A stretch of DNA of 64,000 nucleotides, taken from Nitrospirales bacterium. GTDB taxonomy: Bacteria > Nitrospirota > Nitrospiria > Nitrospirales > UBA8639. This document shows, piece after piece, positions 31,106-41,096 of the stretch; the first letter of the stretch is position 1; each line of letters opens with the position of its first letter. The stretch spans positions 32,001 through 96,000 of the forward strand of contig CBDCWC010000003.1 of assembly GCA_965223295.1 (NCBI GenBank). The letters run 5' to 3'. The notes under the pieces are model-generated. The model searched no databases. It was not told the origin of the DNA and worked only from the letters and a program-made list of their open reading frames with translations. The position numbers and the translations under genes were made by a program.

Positions 31106-31536
31106 TTGCTGTTGATACCAACATCTTGATCTATGCCCACAGAGAAGATTCACCATGGCATGAGTCCGCCAGCCGGCAGCTCATTGGGCTCGCAGAAGGG
31201 GCAACACCATGGGCCATTCCCTGGCCTTGCCTGCACGAATTTCTTGCAATTGTGACACACCCACGAATCTTTCAGCCCCCCACACCCTTGCAGGCCGCCT
31301 GCGAGCAAGTGGATGCGTGGCTCGAATCACCACGAGCCTTACTCCTCACCGAAACACCGGGTTACTGGACAGTACTACGACAGACGGCAATTGAGGGAAA
31401 AATCCAAGGTCCCATTATCCATGATGCACGTATTGCCGCTCTGTGCCAGCATCACGGCATTCAAGAGTTATGGACAGCGGACCGCGACTTCAGCCGTTTT
31501 CCTGCCCTCACTCCTCGAAACCCTCTTTTACAATAA
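31102..31536 (+). CDS. vapC: VapC PIN-domain ribonuclease toxin
   Basis: AVDTNILIYA, HEF, HDARIAA, TADRDF acidic catalytic residues. Confidence 0.92.
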   Translation: MIAVDTNILIYAHREDSPWHESASRQLIGLAEGATPWAIPWPCLHEFLAIVTHPRIFQPPTPLQAACEQVDAWLESPRALLLTETPGYWTVLRQTAIEGKIQGPIIHDARIAALCQHHGIQELWTADRDFSRFPALTPRNPLLQ

Positions 31537-31626
31537 ATACAAGCCAGCCGTTTGGCGTCTATGTCAAAAACCTACGGGGTCTGGCTAGTTTCCTTGATAT
31601 AAGGTTCCAGACACCTATTTTCGCTA

Positions 31627-32268
31627 TCAACCCAACAATATCTTCTTTTCTACAATATTCTGAATCATGGACAACGGGATTTTTCCTTTTCGGAGAATGC
31701 GGAGTTCTGGTTCGACTTGTAGCACAGTGGAAGGTTGAGCTCCTGGGGTCACGCCACCATCTAAAATTAGGTCAACTTCTGACCCGAGGTTTTGTTGTAC
31801 TTCTAAAGTTGATTGCGCAGGAGGTTGCTCTGAACGATTGGCACTGGTTCCCGTGACAGGGCCCGTTTGTCTTAAAAGTTCGCAGACCCGTGTATCATTG
31901 GGTTGACGCACGCCTATAGCTCCCATGTCACTCACTAAGCTGGCTGATAGATGTGGTTTGGCTTTAAGGACAAGCGTTAACAGTCCAGGCCAGAATTGGT
32001 GCATGAGTTTTTGAGCGATTTCAGGAACGTCCTCAACCAATTGATCAAGCTGGGAGAGGTCACCAATTAAGACAGGAAAAGGTTTATGGTCTCGATCACC
32101 TTTGATAGCGTGTAATTTTTTTAACCCGGCAGGTTGAAAGACACTAACAGCCAACGCGTAGTAACTGTCCGTTGGGATGACTAAAACACCGCCTTCTTGG
32201 AGACAGGATTCGGCTTGTTCGATGATGTCGGGAGATAAAGGGGATTGAAAAGGAACGACTAAAGCCAT
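31627..32268 (-). CDS. tsaC: L-threonylcarbamoyladenylate synthase (Sua5/YrdC)
   Basis: PTDSYYAL, KGDR..KP, FWPGLLT, GVRQP, TSANRS, PSTV. Confidence 0.88.
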   Translation of the reverse strand: MALVVPFQSPLSPDIIEQAESCLQEGGVLVIPTDSYYALAVSVFQPAGLKKLHAIKGDRDHKPFPVLIGDLSQLDQLVEDVPEIAQKLMHQFWPGLLTLVLKAKPHLSASLVSDMGAIGVRQPNDTRVCELLRQTGPVTGTSANRSEQPPAQSTLEVQQNLGSEVDLILDGGVTPGAQPSTVLQVEPELRILRKGKIPLSMIQNIVEKKILLG

Positions 32269-32425
32269 ACTTATAGTACCAATTTGAACTCGCGTATTGA
32301 TCAATCAATCGGAAGGAGCTTTTTGAGAATCAACCGATCACGTTCAAGCTATTTCATGGGCTTTCGTCCTTCCCCTATCTTTTGCCCTCCTTGGAAGGAG
32401 GTCTCAAAGGCCAGGGAATTGATGG

Positions 32426-33688
32426 CTAAAGTACGCGGTGGGCAATATCCGAGCGGTAATAGCAACCTTCAAACTGGATTGGTTCCAGTGCGGCGTAGGC
32501 ATGCGTTTGAGCGTTCCGTATCGTCTCAGCCAAGGCGGTCACACCAAGAACTCGACCACCACTCGTCACGACCGCCTGATCTTTTTTCGCTGTTCCGGCA
32601 TGAAACACGACAGTGTCTTCAACGGATGACTGAGGCAACCCCGTGATTGGCAATCCAGTCTGATACGAACCCGGATAGCCTTTAGAGGTAAGCACCACGC
32701 AGACCGCAGATTGATCGTGCCACGCTACCTGAATTTGATCTAAACGATGCTCTACCACCGCTTCAATAATATCCAAGAGATCTGCTTGCAACAATGGCAA
32801 GACGACCTGGGTTTCCGGGTCGCCAAATCTTGCATTAAATTCCAGTGTATACGGTTTTCCGTCTTTGATCATCAGCCCCGCATACAGCACGCCATAAAAT
32901 GGACTTCCCAAACGGGAGAGCCCTGTCACCGCGGGATACAGGACTTCCTCCAAAATACGTTTTTGTAGTTCAGGCGTAGCGAGAGGTGCCGGGGCATAGG
33001 CACCCATACCGCCAGTATTCAACCCGGTATCACCTTCACCAATTCGCTTGTGATCTTGGGCCGGAATCATGGGAATCACAGTCCGCCCATCGGCAAATGC
33101 CATCACCGTCAGCTCTTCTCCATCTAAGAATTCTTCTAGGACCACTTTTGCGCCTGCCTCACCAAACTGCTGTTCTCCTAACATACTCTTAACAGCCTCT
33201 TGGGCTTCAGCTTTCGTGGCACAAATGATGACCCCTTTCCCTTGCGCTAGGCCATCTGCTTTGACCACGATGGGCATCGGACAGGATTCCAACCATGTCA
33301 AGGCTGCCTCTACGCTATCAAAGGACCGGGATGCAGCGGTGGGAATCTGTTCCCGCACCATCAATTCTTTGGCAAAGGATTTACTGGATTCTATGCGAGC
33401 AGCTTGACGTGTTGGACCAAATATTCGCAACTTGGCTTTTCGAAATTCGTCGGCAACCCCCAATGACAAAGGCAATTCTGGCCCCACGATTGTCAGGTCA
33501 ATCGCGTTCTCCTTGGCAAACGATTGAAGACCGGACAGGTCATCGACTTTTATCGACACACATTCGGCTAATTGTGCAATTCCCGCATTTCCGGGTGCAC
33601 AATAGATTTTTGACACGCGTGGCGATTGCGCTAACTTCCAGACCAGGGCATGTTCGCGCCCACCATTACCAATGACGAGCAGTTTCAT
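32426..33688 (-). CDS. purD: phosphoribosylamine--glycine ligase
   Basis: GNGGREHAL, KADGLAQGKGV, QDHKR, NTGGMGAY, EFNARFGDPE. Confidence 0.97.
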   Translation of the reverse strand: MKLLVIGNGGREHALVWKLAQSPRVSKIYCAPGNAGIAQLAECVSIKVDDLSGLQSFAKENAIDLTIVGPELPLSLGVADEFRKAKLRIFGPTRQAARIESSKSFAKELMVREQIPTAASRSFDSVEAALTWLESCPMPIVVKADGLAQGKGVIICATKAEAQEAVKSMLGEQQFGEAGAKVVLEEFLDGEELTVMAFADGRTVIPMIPAQDHKRIGEGDTGLNTGGMGAYAPAPLATPELQKRILEEVLYPAVTGLSRLGSPFYGVLYAGLMIKDGKPYTLEFNARFGDPETQVVLPLLQADLLDIIEAVVEHRLDQIQVAWHDQSAVCVVLTSKGYPGSYQTGLPITGLPQSSVEDTVVFHAGTAKKDQAVVTSGGRVLGVTALAETIRNAQTHAYAALEPIQFEGCYYRSDIAHRVL

Positions 33689-33780
33689 GATTTTCTAGAC
33701 TTGAAGGAAAGGAAGTAATTCAGAGAATTTCTGTACACTGGAGTTAATGTACGCACAGAGAATGTTGAAATGAGTTGTAG

Positions 33781-35337
33781 CTAGTGACGGAAGTGTCGCA
33801 TACCGGTCAGAATCATCGCCACTTGTTGTTCATCCACCGCTTGAATAATTTCTTTATCTCGAATGGAACCTCCAGGCTGAATGACCGCCGTGACTCCTGC
33901 ACTGACCGCCGCATCAATGCCGTCTCTAAAAGGGAAAAAGGCATCTGAGGCCATTACACAGCCTTTGATAGGAAGATTGGCTTTCATCGTTGCCAACTTT
34001 ACGGAATCCACCCGACTCATTTGTCCGGCACCTATCCCCACCGTTTGCTGAGAAGTGGCAAACACAATGGCATTGGACTTCACATGCTTACATACTTTCC
34101 ACGCAAAATCGCAGGCTTGATATTCTTCATTAGTAGGCTGACGTTGAGAAGGAATAGTGAGGTCACCCACGTCTCGCAACGATCCTAAATCCCGATCTTG
34201 CACCAAGAGACCACCCACAATTTTTTTCATATCCAGAGTATCTTGGTTGGTTGACTCTAGAGAACCCACAGCTAACAAGCGCAAATCTTTTTTGCGTTGT
34301 AATTCAGTCAAAGCTTCTTCTGAAAATGACGGTGCGATTAGCACTTCCACAAACGTGGATGTGACTTCTTTAGCCATAGCCAAATCCACATCGCGATTAC
34401 AGGCAATGACGCCACCAAATGCCGAAACCGGATCGGTTTCCCGAGCCCGCACATAGGCTTCTACCGGGACATCTCCCAAGGCCACTCCACAAGGATTATT
34501 GTGTTTGACGATGACGACCGCAGTTTCATCAAATTCCTTCGCTAACTCCAATGCCGAATTGGCATCCAGGTAATTATTATAAGACATGGCCTTACCATGC
34601 AGTTGTTTGGCCTGGCAGACTGAGGCCTCTTTGGCCTGTTTATCTTGATAGACTGCCCCGGATTGGTGTGGATTTTCTCCATACCGCAGGTCATCAACCT
34701 TTTCATACATCATCGACAGCAAAGTAGGAAATTTTTGCTCAGTGGATTCCGCCAATTGTGCATGAAGATAGTTCGCAATCAAACTGTCGTACCGCGCGGT
34801 ATGAAAGAAGACTTTTTTAGCGAGTTCACGACGCAGACTCAAAGACACCGTACCAGACTGTAACGCCTCAAGTACTCTGGGGTAGTCTGTTGGATCAACC
34901 ACCACAAGGACACCTTCATGATTTTTTGCCGCCGAGCGCAGCATCGATGGTCCGCCAATATCAATATTTTCAATGGCTTCTTCAAACGTACAACCTGGCT
35001 TGGCAATCGTGGATTCAAATGGATAGAGATTCACGACCACCACATCAATAGGCGCGATACCTTGTTCTTTCATTTGCTGTATATGGGCCTCAACCGATCG
35101 CCGTCCCAGCAGTCCGCCATGAATTTTGGGGTGGAGGGTTTTCACCCGTCCATTCATGATTTCTGGGAACCCGGTATAACTGGCCACTTCAGTGACCTCC
35201 ACACCGGCATCTATCAACATTTTGGCCGTTCCTCCGGTTGAGAGAATATCTGCCCCCAGCCCAACCAGGCCTTTTGCGATCGTTTCAACCCCGGTCTTAT
35301 CCGAAACGCTAATCAGCGCTTTCCCCAACTGTGCCAT
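33781..35337 (-). CDS. purH: bifunctional AICAR transformylase/IMP cyclohydrolase
   Basis: ALISVSDKTG, GRVKTLHP, LRYGENPHQ, ASDAFFPF, RHFRH. Confidence 0.97.
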   Translation of the reverse strand: MAQLGKALISVSDKTGVETIAKGLVGLGADILSTGGTAKMLIDAGVEVTEVASYTGFPEIMNGRVKTLHPKIHGGLLGRRSVEAHIQQMKEQGIAPIDVVVVNLYPFESTIAKPGCTFEEAIENIDIGGPSMLRSAAKNHEGVLVVVDPTDYPRVLEALQSGTVSLSLRRELAKKVFFHTARYDSLIANYLHAQLAESTEQKFPTLLSMMYEKVDDLRYGENPHQSGAVYQDKQAKEASVCQAKQLHGKAMSYNNYLDANSALELAKEFDETAVVIVKHNNPCGVALGDVPVEAYVRARETDPVSAFGGVIACNRDVDLAMAKEVTSTFVEVLIAPSFSEEALTELQRKKDLRLLAVGSLESTNQDTLDMKKIVGGLLVQDRDLGSLRDVGDLTIPSQRQPTNEEYQACDFAWKVCKHVKSNAIVFATSQQTVGIGAGQMSRVDSVKLATMKANLPIKGCVMASDAFFPFRDGIDAAVSAGVTAVIQPGGSIRDKEIIQAVDEQQVAMILTGMRHFRH

Positions 35338-35873
35338 GATTTCCCCTATCGCTGTATCGTGAAAAAAGTGATGAAAAACAGGAGGTGCAGCTTACCAAAC
35401 GTCCCTGGGAAACTTCAACGAATAGCCTCTATCAAAAAGAAAGGAGCTGATTCTTCTCATTTCGAATGCTCATTTAAGAAAAGAATAGTTTTTTAGGTTT
35501 TTGATAAAAGTAAACCAAGAAAAACCCTTAATGAGACACCAGATTTCCGCAATAACTCTTTTTTGTGGGGAATAAATTCTTATGCGATATCGGTAAAGGG
35601 TCTCTCTTCAGTGACCGAATAGTATAGCAATACAATTAAAAATTTTCGTGCAGAAGTCCAACAACAACGCCGTACTGACCTAGCAATTCACATTCATAAA
35701 ACTATTGCGAGAAAACTCTGATAACAGGGAGAGCCAAGGACCATCCTTCCTGAACGATCAGAAGGAAATTGATGACGTAAAAACGATCGTTCGCATTTTT
35801 CATTTTTTTGCGATGCAACGCAATCTCATCTCCACCTCATGCATGTAAAGCGGAAAGGATTGTTCTAATTTTT

Positions 35874-36503
35874 ATGGATGCCATATTTCTACTTGGGGTG
35901 CTCGTCATTGCCATAGCCATTGGAGGGTTGGTTCTCATCTTAGGACACAATCCCCAAAGACCACAGACATCTGAGGAAAAGATCGAAGGGACCGATTTCA
36001 TTCCTTCACAAATGTTTATGGGAACCGATGGCCAGAACGGATTGGCTGTCAATGAACGTACTCAGCTCATTTGCTTACTTACATCACCGACCACTTCGCC
36101 ACGTTTGCTCCCCTCCACCGATTTACTTGGTTCATACTTAATGAAAAACGGCGAACTATTAGGTGAAGGGAAACGTAGCTACCCCAAAGAAATCGTCACG
36201 TTTACCAACGAGCTTCAGCGGCAGAAGGAATCTCTAGTTGCCGGTTTACACATGGATTCGACCAATGGATCGACTCAACGTATAAATCTACTCATTGTCG
36301 TTCATGATGAGGAGGACCCTTTCCATGTGGTCAATTTTCTTGACATGGAAACAAAAGAAGGAGGTATCCTGTATGAAAAAGCTCTCAGTACCGCGACACA
36401 TTGGCATTACATTTTAGATGGACTCATTCTCGAAGCCGACAAACTGTCTCGGCTTCAACCCGACATGGCTCAAGAAAAAGAAATGGCTGGAGCCGCCCCG
36501 TAA
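35874..36503 (+). CDS. single-TM hypothetical protein
   Basis: N-terminal hydrophobic anchor followed by a soluble domain; fills the intergenic gap. Confidence 0.65.
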   Translation: MDAIFLLGVLVIAIAIGGLVLILGHNPQRPQTSEEKIEGTDFIPSQMFMGTDGQNGLAVNERTQLICLLTSPTTSPRLLPSTDLLGSYLMKNGELLGEGKRSYPKEIVTFTNELQRQKESLVAGLHMDSTNGSTQRINLLIVVHDEEDPFHVVNFLDMETKEGGILYEKALSTATHWHYILDGLILEADKLSRLQPDMAQEKEMAGAAP

Positions 36504-36786
36504 TCCAGCCAATTTCTTCAACGCTCATTTCTCCTCCTTCTCTAACAGTACCTCATCTCACCTGCTATTCGTTACAGTTCTTTGTTATCGCTCTCCGTAG
36601 CCTTTTTTTCCTGTTCGTCAGGTCATCACTCATCACCTAACATTACGTCTCTCTACTGCCAGACCGGTTCCCCACCAAACGGGGAATAGCCCCTCCACGC
36701 CCAATCCTGTTTCCTCAACCCATGCCTTACTTCTTTTTCCTGTCAAAACACAAGGAACGACGTTACCTATTTTGTAGGGGGAAACT

Positions 36787-37569
36787 ATGAGCATCACACA
36801 AACACGTGGATTTAAAATTATCAAATATGTGGCACTAGGGATTGGAATACTTCTTTCCTACACCCTTACTTCCGGATGGAATAGTTCTCCTTCCCAAGAT
36901 CTCATTCAGGCTATCGAATCACGGGATATTTCCCTGGTCCGTCAACTGATTTCACAAGGTGCCGATGTCAATCAACCCACATCTCAAGGCGCAACACCCT
37001 TACATTTTGCTACTCGCTTTGGACAAATCCCGATGACTCAACTCCTATTGGAGGAAGGCGCTGATATTCATGCCATCTACGATACACGATGGACACCCTT
37101 ACACTTAGCTGCTAAAGGCGGGCACGTCGATGTCGCGAAGCTCCTACTGGACAATGGCGCAGACGTCAATGAAACGAAAGAGATGGTCACTCCTCTCCAT
37201 ATTGCCGTGCAAGAAGGCCATCAACGCATGGTGAGCTTTCTATTAGCCCATGGCGCAACAGTTCAGACACCCTTCCAAGAAGGATGGACAGCCCTTCATA
37301 TTGCAGCACAAGCTGGAGACAGAGACATTACCCGGTTACTCCTTTATGCTGGGGCCCCAATCGATGCAACAAATGCTATCGGCTTAACACCGCTTCATTC
37401 GGCCGCCCTATCAGGTCACGTAGGCCTCACCCGTTACCTCATTTCCCAGGGCGCCAGGTGCTCCTCCCCGACTCAATCACTTCAAGGCATTCAACCGCAA
37501 ACCATACAAACCGTAATCACAGCCCTTCAGGAAATTCTTCAACATTGTCCGAAAGCTCAAATCTCATAA
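36787..37569 (+). CDS. ankyrin-repeat protein, probably exported
   Basis: Five to six TPLH.A...G repeats; N-terminal hydrophobic segment. Confidence 0.92.
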   Translation: MSITQTRGFKIIKYVALGIGILLSYTLTSGWNSSPSQDLIQAIESRDISLVRQLISQGADVNQPTSQGATPLHFATRFGQIPMTQLLLEEGADIHAIYDTRWTPLHLAAKGGHVDVAKLLLDNGADVNETKEMVTPLHIAVQEGHQRMVSFLLAHGATVQTPFQEGWTALHIAAQAGDRDITRLLLYAGAPIDATNAIGLTPLHSAALSGHVGLTRYLISQGARCSSPTQSLQGIQPQTIQTVITALQEILQHCPKAQIS

Positions 37570-37759
37570 AAAACATCATACGCTTCTGACAGTCTTTTCC
37601 TCGAAACCTTCTCTCACTCATTTGCCAATACCCGTATCATTTGGATGAATTCATTCAATCCTTGTATGATCGACAAGAAGTCTCTTCAAAATCTAGAGTC
37701 TATTGCGTTGCTCAAAAATTGAGCCTTGCTTTTCTTAATTCACATTAAGCGGTTTACCC

Positions 37760-38638
37760 ATGCATTGGATATTTTTCGGCCTTCTCGCCGCATTGAGCGA
37801 ATCCTTCAAGGACCTAACCAGCAAACATAGCCTACGCGAAATTTCACCATTGCATGCTGGACTGGCGGCATCTGCGATACCCATCCCCTTGCTGCTGGGT
37901 TTCTTGTTTGTCGGTGATGGATTACCTGCACTTGGACCTTCCTACCATTTGGCGCTGGCTATCGGAGGCACACTGAACATTCTGGCCTTATGGCAATTCA
38001 TGAGAGCTCTTCAGGCTTCGGACTTGTCTCTTGCTGTTCCCTTCATCTCCTTTACTCCAGTTTTTTTAATGTTTACCTCGCCACTGCTCGTCGGAGACAT
38101 GATAACGATTCAGGACATAGCTGGCATTCTCTGTATTGTGGGAGGAGCCTACCTACTCCAGGCTCAGGGAAACGAGGAAGGATGGTTGGCGCCTTTCAGC
38201 GCCCTGACCTCACGGCCGGGCCCACGACGTATGTTATCAGTGGCTCTCATATATAGCGTAACCTCAAATTTCGATAAAATTGGCACCCAACATTCTTCAC
38301 CAATTTTCTGGAGTCTTTCGTTGACCACCGTCATGGCAATAGGATTTGCGTTACTGCTACTTCTCAGTCCCCGACAACATGGGAATAGGACCAGTCCCGG
38401 AGGCAAGACTGGACTCCCTCTTTTCTTAATCGGCTTCTTTCAAGCTGCTGGCCTCATCTTTCACAACACAGCACTCAGTCTTGGACCAGTCCCTTCAGTC
38501 ATCGCCATCAAACGAACCAGTATTTTATTCGCTGTCATCTGGGGCATTATCTTCCTACGAGAACCACAAGCAAAAGAAAGGCTTGCAGGGGCAACTTTGA
38601 TGATCGTCGGAATGACCATAATAGCTCTGAGTGTCTAA
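37760..38638 (+). CDS. EamA/DMT-family transporter
   Basis: About 10 TM in two repeats; DLSLAVPF..FTPVF, IKRTSILF, LRE motifs. Confidence 0.85.
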   Translation: MHWIFFGLLAALSESFKDLTSKHSLREISPLHAGLAASAIPIPLLLGFLFVGDGLPALGPSYHLALAIGGTLNILALWQFMRALQASDLSLAVPFISFTPVFLMFTSPLLVGDMITIQDIAGILCIVGGAYLLQAQGNEEGWLAPFSALTSRPGPRRMLSVALIYSVTSNFDKIGTQHSSPIFWSLSLTTVMAIGFALLLLLSPRQHGNRTSPGGKTGLPLFLIGFFQAAGLIFHNTALSLGPVPSVIAIKRTSILFAVIWGIIFLREPQAKERLAGATLMIVGMTIIALSV

Positions 38639-38682
38639 ACTCTCGAATTTGGGGAGCATAGAAAATTTAAAACTCTGCTTTC

Positions 38683-39549
38683 CTACCGCCTTTTTGCGGA
38701 AACAGATTCATATGAAGCTATGACATCATTCAATTTATCCATCCAATATGAATTGCATTCACCAGGTTTAAGACTCTGTTGTCTTTTCAATGCTCGAGAA
38801 TGTAAATCCCTTAGTGCGGGAAGTACTTTCGGATTACCAACCTCCTCTGCTGCCTCAACTACTAAATAAGTTATTGGCTTCCGCCTCTGTAGCTCTTTAA
38901 TAATAGTGGAAATTATTCCTGGAACTCTTCTTTTTGCTAAACCCAGAAGAGCCTCACCTCGAATTTCATCATCCTTTTCATTCAAGCGAGATCTTAGGGC
39001 CCGACGAATAGCTGGGGTATCTAAATCAATTTGCGATCCCAATCCAAAAGTTGCCCAATCTCGCACTTCTCTACTGACATCTCCTGACAATTTAATCAAG
39101 GTCTTGATAGCTAATGACTGCTCGCAGCCCGAAAGTGCATACACTGCACCAAAACGAACTTGCGAAGAGTTGTGATTGGCTAAAGACACAATTTCGCGAA
39201 CAACCTGATGTTCATCTAAGTCAATAAGATAGCCAAAGACTATCCCAACAGCACTTAGGACGATAGGAGACTTTTCATTTTTCATGAAACCCAACAAATA
39301 ATGAATAGTTTTTCTAGGAAAAGCTCTCTCTGGAACCCCTAATTGAGATAAAATATTGACTCCGAGTTCCCTCTCTACAACTCTCCTACTTTTGGTTAAT
39401 TGAATAGACGAATCAAAAACATCATGAGTCCCACGATAATGAAGGGCCACAACATAATCCCAAGCCTTTTCATCATCGGATTCAGCAAGATTTCGACGGA
39501 TGAGAGTCTTTGTAGAAAGGTGAGAGAATGACCGATCTTTGGCTTTCAT
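38683..39549 (-). CDS. HEAT/PBS-lyase-like repeat protein
   Basis: Repeats VRFGAVYALS, VRDWATFGLG, IRGEALLGLA; visibly AT-rich. Confidence 0.8.
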   Translation of the reverse strand: MKAKDRSFSHLSTKTLIRRNLAESDDEKAWDYVVALHYRGTHDVFDSSIQLTKSRRVVERELGVNILSQLGVPERAFPRKTIHYLLGFMKNEKSPIVLSAVGIVFGYLIDLDEHQVVREIVSLANHNSSQVRFGAVYALSGCEQSLAIKTLIKLSGDVSREVRDWATFGLGSQIDLDTPAIRRALRSRLNEKDDEIRGEALLGLAKRRVPGIISTIIKELQRRKPITYLVVEAAEEVGNPKVLPALRDLHSRALKRQQSLKPGECNSYWMDKLNDVIASYESVSAKRR

Positions 39550-39553
39550 TGTT

Positions 39554-39744
39554 GGGCGTGTTGAATAATGAAGATATCAAAAGCCATATTTCGACATGAA
39601 GCCCTTGGCGATCAACAACCTCGGGGCCGTTCAAAAAAGTCCGTCCAGCAAGGCCACAGTCATTTTTGCGCGCAGAGCGTACTGACACTACGTGAACACA
39701 GGAAAATGGCGAGAACGCTGCTGGCGGCTTTTTTCAACAGACCC
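39554..39744 (+). repeat. MITE-like dispersed repeat, copy B
   Basis: GGGCGTGTTGAATAATGA left end; core from 39623; TTTTTTCAACAGACCC right end. Confidence 0.85.
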
Positions 39745-40011
39745 TTGTCTTACGCCTATGTTCTACCCATGTCACTTTGATCAGAAATTTGAACGTTCTG
39801 AAGGACCGGTATTCCAAGGGAACTTCGAAATATCCTTTTAGAGGCACCCACGCCTCGGACAGATGCCTGACACCAGATCACATAGGTTGACGCTCTCATG
39901 AACCGACAGACCCTCTTTGATAAAACAAGTTGGTCAACCCATCAACATAATATAGAAATAGTGGACGCCCGATTGGACAGCCAATAGCTAGAGACTGCTC
40001 GAAGAATCACC

Positions 40012-40350
40012 TTAGCTAGGAAGACTAGAAAGAATGATTTTTACAGCTTTAGCGAGTTTTGGAAGATCTTTTTGCGTGATATCCCATACGGCATCAAGGT
40101 CGATCCCCAAACAATCATGAACCAGCACATTTCGAAAGGCGGCGATTTCCGACCATTGGACATCTGGCTGTATTGCCTTGGCTGAATCAGAGAGATGTTG
40201 TGTTGATTCGGCAAGCACTTGCAAATTTCGAAGCACGGCATCTTGTAGGGTATGTGATGTGACAAACTTGTCATGTCCTTGCGCGGTATTCTCTTGAATT
40301 TTTTCGATGCAGTCTACGATATAGTTCAAGTAGACGGCATCATCCTTCAT
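40012..40350 (-). CDS. hepT: HepT-like (DUF86/HEPN) ribonuclease toxin
   Basis: DAVLRNLQVLAE, W..IAAFRNVLVHD (RX4H), ID...VW. Confidence 0.9.
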   Translation of the reverse strand: MKDDAVYLNYIVDCIEKIQENTAQGHDKFVTSHTLQDAVLRNLQVLAESTQHLSDSAKAIQPDVQWSEIAAFRNVLVHDCLGIDLDAVWDITQKDLPKLAKAVKIILSSLPS

Positions 40351-40640
40351 AAGGCTACAGCCTCACGAAGCACACGATCGCGAAGATGTGGATTAAGTCC
40401 TTTTTCCGTCACCACGTCTACTCGTCGTCCTAAACTCTCCTCCAGCTCTAAAACCAAACCAGCAGGAAACCAGGGAGTCGTAATCGGCCCTTTTTCTATG
40501 AGAAAATCAATATCACTATCAGACGTAGCTTCCCCTCGTGCGACAGATCCGAAAATACGGACATTGTACGCACCATGCTTCGCTGCGATTCGCAAAACAT
40601 CTTCTCGCTTATCGGTCAAGAAGGCCTGTAGGTCACTCAC
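40347..40640 (-). CDS. mntA: MntA-like minimal nucleotidyltransferase antitoxin
   Basis: FGSVARGEATSDSDID (GSX10DXD), LGRRVDVV; overlaps hepT start. Confidence 0.9.
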   Translation of the reverse strand: MSDLQAFLTDKREDVLRIAAKHGAYNVRIFGSVARGEATSDSDIDFLIEKGPITTPWFPAGLVLELEESLGRRVDVVTEKGLNPHLRDRVLREAVAL

Positions 40641-40755
40641 AGCTTCTCCTGTAGATTGGGAAATAGGTCCACAATATCACCTATATAGAACCATGAGACT
40701 TCAATCAAATCAACCGTGACCCCGAACTTTAGGACTGAGACCTGCCTTATCAAAA

Positions 40756-40980
40756 GGGTCTGCTGAAAAAATCCACCAGCGGCGTTTTCACCATTTTTCC
40801 ATGCTCACGTAGGACCAGTATGCTCCGCACGCGAAAATGGCTGTGGCCTTGCTGGACCTGCCCTCGCCAGAGCGGCTTCGCGCAGGCAAGCGGACTTTTT
40901 TGAACAGACCCGGGGTCTCTGACATGTTAAGTCGTAGAGACTAGATAGAGCCGTTGCTATCATCATTATTCAACAGTCTC
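40756..40980 (-). repeat. MITE-like dispersed repeat, copy C (inverted, with nested REP-like insert)
   Basis: Reverse complement of the family; core 40756-40911; end TCATTATTCAACAGTCTC at 40980. Confidence 0.85.
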
Positions 40981-41096
40981 CAAAAGCGAAGGTGGATCAC
41001 AATGCCCTGCCCCAACACTTTGATGTTCCGCAAAACCCATGGTTACGAAACAACTCGACTTTCAATGTGCGAATGAGATAGAACCTCGAAGGAGAA

